The notes below the pieces were generated by a model that was not told where the DNA came from, ran no database searches, and was given only the letters and a program-made list of their open reading frames with translations. A program made the translations under genes and the position numbers. Shown here in pieces: positions 56,938 to 64,000 of a stretch of 64,000 nt of DNA. Source of the DNA: Candidatus Onthousia excrementipullorum (GTDB taxonomy: Bacteria > Bacillota_I > Bacilli_A > RF39 > UBA660). The stretch spans positions 72,208-136,207 of the forward strand of contig DVHC01000062.1 in assembly GCA_018712385.1 (NCBI GenBank). The letters are read 5' to 3'. Positions within the stretch are counted from its first letter, which is position 1. Every line of letters starts with the position of its first letter.

Positions 56938-57717
56938 ATGAAGTTGTTAAAAATATCTTATATAGATGAAGTGTTTAACGATTATGATTATGTAAAATAT
57001 CCTGATAATGTATTTTTTAAAATTGGTTGGGAGATTATTGTTAAAAGTGATGATATGTTAAAGATTGCATCTATAGTGAGTATAGAAGATGAAGAAGATA
57101 TAGAAGTTACTACTTCTTTTGTTAGAGTTGCTACGAAAAGAGATAGGGAACAACATAATAAAAATAAAAAAGACAGTATAGAGGCTTTAACTTTTGCTCA
57201 AGAAAAATCTTTAGAGCTTAATTTGGATATGCATTTTATTTCATCTTTTTATACGTTTGATAGAAAACAATTATTTCTTTCTTATACAGCGGATGCTAGG
57301 GTTGATTTTAGAGAACTTGCTAAAGTATTAGCACAACGTTATAAGACAAGAATTGAACTTAGACAGATTGGGGTTAGAGATAGAGCAAAGAAAGTAGGAG
57401 GACTTGGTCCTTGTGGGTTATTTTTATGTTGTAGTACCTTTTTAACTGACTTTGCTAGTGTTTCTATTAATATGGCAAAAAATCAGTTTCTAGCTTTAAA
57501 TCCTACAAAGATAAATGGAAGTTGTGGTAGACTTTTGTGTTGTTTGAACTATGAAGATGAAGTTTATACAGAGTTGAAGAAAGGTATGCCTAATATTGGT
57601 AGTTTAGTAGAAACAAAAGAAGGTTTAGGTAAAGTTACAGAAGTAGATGTGTTTAAGAGAACATATAAAGCAGAGTTTAAAGATAAGGGAGTAATAGAGT
57701 TTAGTGTTAATGAGTAA
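56938..57717 (+). CDS. ricT: PSP1-domain protein YaaT/RicT (stage 0 sporulation / RNase Y regulator complex)
   Basis: Cys clusters GPCGLFLCCSTFL and GSCGRLLCCLNYE are typical of the PSP1 C-terminal domain. Confidence 0.85.
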   Translation: MKLLKISYIDEVFNDYDYVKYPDNVFFKIGWEIIVKSDDMLKIASIVSIEDEEDIEVTTSFVRVATKRDREQHNKNKKDSIEALTFAQEKSLELNLDMHFISSFYTFDRKQLFLSYTADARVDFRELAKVLAQRYKTRIELRQIGVRDRAKKVGGLGPCGLFLCCSTFLTDFASVSINMAKNQFLALNPTKINGSCGRLLCCLNYEDEVYTELKKGMPNIGSLVETKEGLGKVTEVDVFKRTYKAEFKDKGVIEFSVNE

Positions 57718-58414
57718 AAAAATGGAGTTTTTGCATAATGGTAAGAACTTAATATTCTATTATGATGATGACTACTTTAAGATTACTACTGATAACCTTG
57801 CTCTTGCTAACTTTATTAAAATAAAAAGCAAAGATAAATTATTAGTAGAGTTTGGTAGTGGACTTATGGCTATACCTTTACTTCTTTCTACTAGAACTAA
57901 TATAAAAATAGTGGGAATAGAAAAAGATGATAAAGCTTCTAAACTTTCAGAGATGACGATAAAAGATAATCATTTAGAGGAGAGAATTAAAGTTATTAAT
58001 GATGATATTAATAATTTAGATAAATATTTTCCTATTAACTCTATTGGTGTTATAGTTTGTAATCCTCCATATTTTCTTTTAGAGAATGAATCTAGTGTTA
58101 GTAATAAAGACTATTTAAAGATGGCTAGACATGAAGGTAATATGACTATTAGTGATGTGGCTTATTTATCAAAAATCTATTTAAAAGATGGAGGAAGTCT
58201 ATTTTTGATACAAAGAGCGGATAGATTGTTTGAAATTAGAGATGTTTTAATTAAGAACAATTTGGCGATTAAAGAGATTCAGTTTATTTATCATGATTTA
58301 GAGAAATGTGGCAAGTTAGTGTTAGTGGAAGCGAGGAAAAGTGGTAAGGAACATGGATTAAAGGTGTTAAAGCCTATTATTTTAGAGAAAGAAAGTAGTG
58401 ATGTTAATGGATAA
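57704..58414 (+). CDS. SAM-dependent N6-adenine methyltransferase (YabB / tRNA1(Val) m6A37 TrmN6-like)
   Basis: EFGSGLMAI SAM motif and the catalytic VCNPPYF. The start codon is ambiguous (57704, 57710 or 57722). Confidence 0.7.
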   Translation: MLMSKKMEFLHNGKNLIFYYDDDYFKITTDNLALANFIKIKSKDKLLVEFGSGLMAIPLLLSTRTNIKIVGIEKDDKASKLSEMTIKDNHLEERIKVINDDINNLDKYFPINSIGVIVCNPPYFLLENESSVSNKDYLKMARHEGNMTISDVAYLSKIYLKDGGSLFLIQRADRLFEIRDVLIKNNLAIKEIQFIYHDLEKCGKLVLVEARKSGKEHGLKVLKPIILEKESSDVNG

Positions 58415-59231
58415 ACCAAGTTTATATTTAATACCAACTCCAATAGGTAATCTAGATGATATTACTATTAGAGGGCTAAAGACTTTAGAACTTGTTGATG
58501 TTATACTTTGTGAAGATACTAGGGAAACTTCTAAATTACTTAGTAAATATAATATAAAAAATAAATTAGTTAGTTGTCATGAGTTTAACGAAGATAAAAT
58601 GAAAGCTAAAGTACTTGGCTTTTTAGAATCAGGTTTAAATGTAGGTTTAGTTACTGACCAGGGTACTCCTTTAATTAGTGACCCTGGGTATAGAATAGTT
58701 GACTTTATCTCATCACATGATTATAATATTGTGAGTTTACCAGGAGCGACAGCCTTTGTTCCTGCTTTAACTATTTCTGCTCTAGCACCGCAACCTTTTA
58801 CTTTTTATGGTTTTCTTAATGCAAAGAAAAATAAACAGATAAAAGAATTAGAGACTTTAAGAAACCATCCTTATACATTAATATTTTATGAGGCTCCTCA
58901 CAGATTAATAGATACTTTAAATAATATTAAAGATGTCTTTGGTGATAGAAATATTTGTGTAGTTAGAGAAATATCTAAAAAGTATGAACAAGCAGTTAGA
59001 GGTAAAATAAGTGAAGTATTGGCAAGGGACTTTCCTATTAAGGGAGAATTTGTTATTGTGGTAGAAGGTGCTAAGTTAGAATTTGACTTTAATAGTATGA
59101 GTATTGTAGAACATGTTAATTATTATATAAAAGATGGTAATACTAAAAATGAAGCTATTAAGTTAGTGGCAAAAGAAAGAGGTATTCCTAAGTCTATTGT
59201 CTATAAAGAATATCTTGATAATAATAAATAA
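58398..59231 (+). CDS. rsmI: 16S rRNA (cytidine1402-2'-O)-methyltransferase
   Basis: LYLIPTPIGNLDDIT, CEDTR and FYEAPHR motifs. The start is probably the ATG at 58407. Confidence 0.9.
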   Translation: MMLMDKPSLYLIPTPIGNLDDITIRGLKTLELVDVILCEDTRETSKLLSKYNIKNKLVSCHEFNEDKMKAKVLGFLESGLNVGLVTDQGTPLISDPGYRIVDFISSHDYNIVSLPGATAFVPALTISALAPQPFTFYGFLNAKKNKQIKELETLRNHPYTLIFYEAPHRLIDTLNNIKDVFGDRNICVVREISKKYEQAVRGKISEVLARDFPIKGEFVIVVEGAKLEFDFNSMSIVEHVNYYIKDGNTKNEAIKLVAKERGIPKSIVYKEYLDNNK

Positions 59232-59233
59232 AT

Positions 59234-59249
59234 TATTTCCCGGGAAATA
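59234..59249. promoter_or_regulatory. Solitary NBS palindrome at the rsmI/pth junction
   Basis: TATTTCCCGGGAAATA within the identical 24-bp palindrome AAATTATTTCCCGGGAAATAATTT (59230-59253). It overlaps the rsmI stop codon. Confidence 0.75.
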
Positions 59250-59270
59250 ATTTTAGAGGTGGTTTTAATT

Positions 59271-59834
59271 ATGAAATTAATTGTTGGACTAGGTAATGTT
59301 GGAAAAGAATATGAAAATACAAGACATAATATGGGATTTATGTTAGTAGATAGGTATTTAGAGTATAAAAATATTCCTTTAAAATTTAAAGAAAAGTTTA
59401 ATGCTATGTATGTAGAGACTACTATTAATAATGAGAAAGTTATCTTTATTAAACCTACTACTTATATGAATAATTCTGGTATTGCAGTTAGAGCTTTTCT
59501 AGACTTTTATAAATTAGACGTTCAAGATGTCTTAGTAATTAGTGATGACCTTGATTTAGATTTAGGTAAGTTTAGATTAAGAAGAAATGGTAGTAGTGGA
59601 GGACATAATGGGTTAAAGAGTATTATTTCCCATCTTGGAACTGATGGTTTTAAAAGACTTAGAATAGGTATTTCTAATGATAAAGATGATGTTATTAATT
59701 ATGTCTTATCTAAATTTAGTAAGAGGGAACTTAATGAGATAGATACAATGTTTGATACCTTAGTTAATGTTTTAGATGATTATTTTGTAATGGACTTTAC
59801 CTCTTTGATGAGTAAATATAATAGAAAGGGGTAA
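59271..59834 (+). CDS. pth: Peptidyl-tRNA hydrolase
   Basis: MKLIVGLGNVGKEYENTRHNMGF and GSSGGHNGLKSI. Start at the ATG at 59271 after AGAGGTGG. Confidence 0.95.
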   Translation: MKLIVGLGNVGKEYENTRHNMGFMLVDRYLEYKNIPLKFKEKFNAMYVETTINNEKVIFIKPTTYMNNSGIAVRAFLDFYKLDVQDVLVISDDLDLDLGKFRLRRNGSSGGHNGLKSIISHLGTDGFKRLRIGISNDKDDVINYVLSKFSKRELNEIDTMFDTLVNVLDDYFVMDFTSLMSKYNRKG

Positions 59835-59836
59835 TT

Positions 59837-62800
59837 ATGAAAATATTTGATAACTTCTTTGAGAAAATTTATGATAAAGATATCGCTCTTACAGGGATGA
59901 CTGAAGAGCTTTTTGGCATTTATGTAAATAAGCTTTATGATAATAAGAAAAACATTTTGATAGTTACTTCTAATCTAGTAGAGTCTAATAGTTTATATAG
60001 AAGTATTAGTAATTATACAGACAATGTATATTTGTTTCCAATGGATGATTTTTTAACTAGTGAAGCGATGGCGATTAGTCCTGATTTAATGGTTACAAGA
60101 CTTGAGACAATGGAAGCGATTAGTAAGGGTAGTCCTTCTATAGTTATTACTAATTTAATGGGTTATTTAAGGTATTTGCCTACAAAAAAAGAATATTTAA
60201 AAGGCTGTTTATCATTAAAAGTAAATGATGAGATTAGTCCTAAGGAATTAGTAGAGAAACTTACTAATATAGGGTATGAGAGGACTACTTTAGTTACAAA
60301 GACTGGAGAAATTGGTGTTAGAGGTTTTGTTATAGATATTTTTCCTTTAGGTGAATCTAATCCTGTTAGATTAGAGTTTTTTGGCGATACAATAGATTCT
60401 ATTAGATATTTTGATGGTAAAAGTCAAAAGTCTTTAAATGAAATAAAAAGTATTGAAATATATCCTTATACAGAAATATTTTCTAATGATACTTTTATTC
60501 CAGAAGAAAAAAGGAATACTAAGTATTTAAGTGAATATGGCGATGTAACTAATATTAGTGGTTATTTAGATAATCATGTAACTATTTATAAAGATAAAAG
60601 TGCGATATTGATAAATTATAAACAGATATGTACAGATATTTTAGAGTATAGAGAAGAGAAAGATACTGACTTTAAAGGTAGTTATATGGCATCATTTGAT
60701 GATATCTATGAAAACGATGCTCTACATTATTTAACGGTTGATAATTTAGATAAGTCTTTAAAGATAATAGATTTTAAGAGTAAGGAATTACCTTTATTTA
60801 ATGATGATGTTGAAGGTATTACTAAGTATATTAGAGAAAAGTTATATGCTAATTATACAGTTATTGTTTGCTTAAAAGATTATCAGTTACATAGTTTTAG
60901 AAGTAAGATATCTTTGCCTATTATGGATACTACTATGGATGAAATTTATCCTAATAAGCTTAATTTATTTAACTTTAGTTTAGATAGTGGTTTTCAGTAT
61001 AAGAATTATATCTTTTTAACAGGTAGAGAATTATTTAGAAATAATGAGAAGGTTAAGAAGTATAAGACTAAGTTTAAATATAATACAAAGATAACTGATT
61101 TAAATAAATTAGAGATAGGGGATTATGTTGTTCATCAAGTTCATGGTATTGGTATTTATAATGGTTTAAAGACTTTAAGTCAACAAGGTGTTTTAAAAGA
61201 TTATATAGAAGTTTTATATCAAGGTAATGATAAGCTTTATATTCCTGTAGAAAAGATTGATATGCTTTATAAATATACTGGTAAAGAAGGAGTTAGACCT
61301 ACTATTTATAAACTTGGTGGTAAAGAATGGGAAAAGGTTAAAGCTAGAGTTAAAAGTAAAGTTCAAGATATGGCTAATGACTTGTTAAGAGTGCAAGCGG
61401 AACGTGAAAGACAAAAAGGTTTTGCTTTTTCTCCCGATAATGAGCTACAAAAAGAGTTTGAGGACGCTTTCCCTTATGTGGCCACTAATGACCAGTTGCT
61501 TGCTACTAAACAGATAAAAGAAGATATGGAGAAGGTCTCTCCTATGGATAGATTGTTAGTAGGAGATGTTGGTTTTGGTAAGACAGAAGTAGCTTTTAGA
61601 GCAGCCTTTAAAGCGATTATGGATAATAAGCAAGTATTACTTTTATGTCCAACAACTATTCTTTCTAGTCAGCACTATAAAAATGCATTAGAGAGATTTA
61701 AAGATTTTCCTGTTAATATTGGGCTTTTAAATAGATTTACTAGTACAAGAGAACGTAATAGGATACTAGAAGAGTTAAGAGAAGGAACAATTGATTTTGT
61801 TATTGGTACGCATAGGATACTTAGTGATGATATTAGACCTAAGGATTTAGGATTATTAATTATTGATGAAGAGCAGAGATTTGGGGTTAAACATAAAGAG
61901 AAGTTAAAACAATATAAGAGTACTGTAGATGTTTTAACTTTAACGGCTACACCAATTCCTAGAACTTTACAAATGTCTATTGCAGGTATTAGAAGTTTGT
62001 CTTTAATAGAGACTCCTCCAAGAGATAGATATCCAATACAGACTTATGTTATCGCTTATAATAAACAACTTGTTAGAGAAGCGATAATGAAAGAGATGTC
62101 TAGGGATGGGCAAGTATTTTTGTTATTTAATAATGTAGAAAATATTGAGCAAGAAGTAATGGAGATAGAAAATCTTGTTCCAAGTGCTAGAGTTATTTAT
62201 GCTCATGGTAGAATGGATAAGACTAAGATTGAAGATGTTATGCAGTCATTTATTGACCATGAGGCAGATGTTTTAGTATGTACGACAATAATAGAGACAG
62301 GTATTGATATTCCTAATGTTAATACATTAATTATTTTAGATGCTGATAGATTTGGTCTTGCTCAGTTATATCAGATTAGAGGTAGAGTTGGTCGTAGTAA
62401 TAAAATCGCTTACTGTTACTTAATGTATCAAGAACATAAAGTATTAACAGAAACTGCTGAAAAACGTTTAAAGGTTATTAAAGAGTTTACAGAGTTAGGT
62501 AGTGGCTTTTCTATTGCAACTCGTGATTTATCTATTAGAGGAGCAGGTGATATTTTAGGTAGTAAACAAGCAGGCTTTATTGATAGTGTTGGTATTGACC
62601 TTTATTTAAAGATGCTTAATGAAGAAGTAGAACGTCTTAAAGGTAATGTTGTGGAAGAAGATAGTGAAGAAGAGTCTAATAAAACATTACTTAATGTATC
62701 TACTCATATTAGTGATGATTATGTAACTGATGATGATTTGAAGATTATGATTCATAGAATGATTAATGAGATAGATAGTAAAGAGAAACTTGAAGAAGTT

Positions 62801-63121
62801 AGAAGTGACTTAGAAGATAGATTCGGTAAACTTAGTGAAGATATCATTGTTTATATGTATGAAGAGTGGTTTGAGAAACTTGTTAAACAAGTGGGAGTTA
62901 CTAAAGTTAGTGAGACTAAAAATACTATTGAACTTTACTTTGATAAAGATACTACTAGTAAGTTAAATACAGAAGATTTATTTATGAATGCCTATACAAT
63001 TACACCTATGTTTAGATTTAAGAGTAGAGAGAGTGATTTAACTATTATCTTAGATATTGTTAAATTAGAGAAACATCCTATCTATTATTTAGTTGCTTTG
63101 TTATCTAGTTTGGTAAGTTAA
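59837..63121 (+). CDS. mfd: Transcription-repair coupling factor
   Basis: 1094 aa. CarD-like region (GDYVVHQVHGIG), helicase motifs GDVGFGKTEVA / DEEQRFG and the TRG motif region. Confidence 0.95.
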   Translation: MKIFDNFFEKIYDKDIALTGMTEELFGIYVNKLYDNKKNILIVTSNLVESNSLYRSISNYTDNVYLFPMDDFLTSEAMAISPDLMVTRLETMEAISKGSPSIVITNLMGYLRYLPTKKEYLKGCLSLKVNDEISPKELVEKLTNIGYERTTLVTKTGEIGVRGFVIDIFPLGESNPVRLEFFGDTIDSIRYFDGKSQKSLNEIKSIEIYPYTEIFSNDTFIPEEKRNTKYLSEYGDVTNISGYLDNHVTIYKDKSAILINYKQICTDILEYREEKDTDFKGSYMASFDDIYENDALHYLTVDNLDKSLKIIDFKSKELPLFNDDVEGITKYIREKLYANYTVIVCLKDYQLHSFRSKISLPIMDTTMDEIYPNKLNLFNFSLDSGFQYKNYIFLTGRELFRNNEKVKKYKTKFKYNTKITDLNKLEIGDYVVHQVHGIGIYNGLKTLSQQGVLKDYIEVLYQGNDKLYIPVEKIDMLYKYTGKEGVRPTIYKLGGKEWEKVKARVKSKVQDMANDLLRVQAERERQKGFAFSPDNELQKEFEDAFPYVATNDQLLATKQIKEDMEKVSPMDRLLVGDVGFGKTEVAFRAAFKAIMDNKQVLLLCPTTILSSQHYKNALERFKDFPVNIGLLNRFTSTRERNRILEELREGTIDFVIGTHRILSDDIRPKDLGLLIIDEEQRFGVKHKEKLKQYKSTVDVLTLTATPIPRTLQMSIAGIRSLSLIETPPRDRYPIQTYVIAYNKQLVREAIMKEMSRDGQVFLLFNNVENIEQEVMEIENLVPSARVIYAHGRMDKTKIEDVMQSFIDHEADVLVCTTIIETGIDIPNVNTLIILDADRFGLAQLYQIRGRVGRSNKIAYCYLMYQEHKVLTETAEKRLKVIKEFTELGSGFSIATRDLSIRGAGDILGSKQAGFIDSVGIDLYLKMLNEEVERLKGNVVEEDSEEESNKTLLNVSTHISDDYVTDDDLKIMIHRMINEIDSKEKLEEVRSDLEDRFGKLSEDIIVYMYEEWFEKLVKQVGVTKVSETKNTIELYFDKDTTSKLNTEDLFMNAYTITPMFRFKSRESDLTIILDIVKLEKHPIYYLVALLSSLVS

Positions 63122-63186
63122 GCTTTTCTTTACAAAATGAAGAAAAATATTGTATTATATGTGGCAAATGAAGGGAGAGAGGTTTT

Positions 63187-63669
63187 GTGAGAGAAAATAC
63201 TTTTGATGTACTAGCTTATAAATTTTTTGCTTGGAAGATAAATGATGGGAAAAAATCTCATACATGTGATGAGTATAAATTTTCAATTTCTAATAACAAT
63301 AGTAGTATGATAATTATTCCTTTTGAAAATGTTGATGGATTAAAGGTTCAAGAGGTTCAGTCTTTATTATCTACATCTGAGATAATTATTAGTGCAAGTT
63401 CATATTATAGCTTTAACTATGATAAAGGCAATGTTTCTCATAATCTTGACAGTTCAAATTGGTTTTATTTTGATTCTGACTATCTTGATGAACACAGAGA
63501 AGAAACTATTGATAAGTTATTAGAAGAACTTATGGAACGTTATTATATGCAGGTTGATGATATTTCTAAAAGAATGTATAGATGTTTCTTTGAAAGATAT
63601 CAAGATGGTAGTTATGAGAAAACTAAAGAAAGAGTTAAGAGATTAGAAATGCAAAGTAATAATAAATAA
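63187..63669 (+). CDS. Hypothetical protein, no recognisable family
   Basis: 160-aa ORF with a GTG start preceded by GGGAGAGAGG. Confidence 0.45.
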   Translation: MRENTFDVLAYKFFAWKINDGKKSHTCDEYKFSISNNNSSMIIIPFENVDGLKVQEVQSLLSTSEIIISASSYYSFNYDKGNVSHNLDSSNWFYFDSDYLDEHREETIDKLLEELMERYYMQVDDISKRMYRCFFERYQDGSYEKTKERVKRLEMQSNNK

Positions 63670-63762
63670 TAATATTCTAAGAGTGGAGCTTAGGCTCTTT
63701 TTCTTTTGTCCTCTTGACTAAACCCTTTTATCTTCTTATACTTATTAGTAGAATTGGAGGCT

Positions 63763-64000
63763 ATGAATATTGTGGTTAAAGAGGATATTTTGAAGCAACA
63801 TAAAGAGATTTTAATGACAGCAGGACTTGAACTTGCTACTAATAATACTAATTCTTTAATAGAAGATGATATTATTAATGGAGTTATTGAAGTACCACTT
63901 GAAGCGATGGATACTGTTAAGCAAAGAGTTCTTAATATCGCTAAACATAACAACTTAATCTTGAATAGTGATAAATTTAATGAAGTTTTAACTAGTTATA
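63763..64000 (+). CDS. Hypothetical protein, N-terminal part; continues beyond the window
   Basis: Not in the track because there is no stop in the window. The ATG at 63763 lies 2 nt after GGAGG, which is tight. Translation: MNIVVKEDILKQHKEILMTAGLELATNNTNSLIEDDIINGVIEVPLEAMDTVKQRVLNIAKHNNL... The antisense track ORF 63690-63953 is probably its shadow. Confidence 0.4.
   Translation, partial: MNIVVKEDILKQHKEILMTAGLELATNNTNSLIEDDIINGVIEVPLEAMDTVKQRVLNIAKHNNLILNSDKFNEVLTSY

Noticed and set aside
63690-63953. 87-aa minus-strand ORF.
   Set aside because: It is antisense to the plus-strand ORF that starts at 63763 with a GGAGG RBS and continues past the window. Its translation is Ser/Ile/Leu-rich low complexity.

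Overview
This window is the origin-of-replication region of a very AT-rich, endospore-forming Bacillota (Firmicutes) chromosome. It uses the standard code: TGA is a stop at 17752-17754 and Trp is TGG. Gene order parallels the Bacillus subtilis oriC neighbourhood. Leftward on the minus strand: rpmH-rnpA-yidC-jag-(orphan)-mnmE-(CYTH)-mnmG-rsmG-noc-soj-spo0J-mscS-DUF951-abgT-ychF-(orphan)-rpsF-ssb-rpsR-DHH-rplI-dnaB helicase-M23/LysM-MBL-rlmH-ung-(2 orphans), then argS-rpoE-prfA-prmC-spoIIR-mntP-fba-murA-rpmE-rpiB-mreB. Rightward on the plus strand: dnaA-dnaN-comK-recF-gyrB-gyrA-[repeat array]-ffs-tadA-dnaX-ybaB-recR-bofA-holB-yaaT-yabB-rsmI-pth-mfd. The coding-strand switch at about 42.9 kb and the DnaA-box clusters on both sides of dnaA mark a bipartite oriC. 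I recognised no rRNA, tRNA, CRISPR or transposase genes. The stand-out feature is non-coding. Between gyrA and the SRP RNA gene (51.84-52.57 kb) lies a six-unit, 127-bp tandem array. Every unit carries one Spo0J/ParB parS palindrome and one Noc-binding-site (NBS) palindrome. Both cognate ParB-family proteins are encoded about 17-20 kb away in the same window, and the Noc paralogue itself has an atypical architecture. One more identical NBS sits at the rsmI/pth junction. Secondary items are several lineage-specific orphan genes wedged into otherwise conserved operons, a small ORF inside the oriC DnaA-box region, a type-I-toxin-like small hydrophobic ORF and phased direct repeats upstream of fba. 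All calls come from reading the sequence and from remembered family motifs; no database search was possible.
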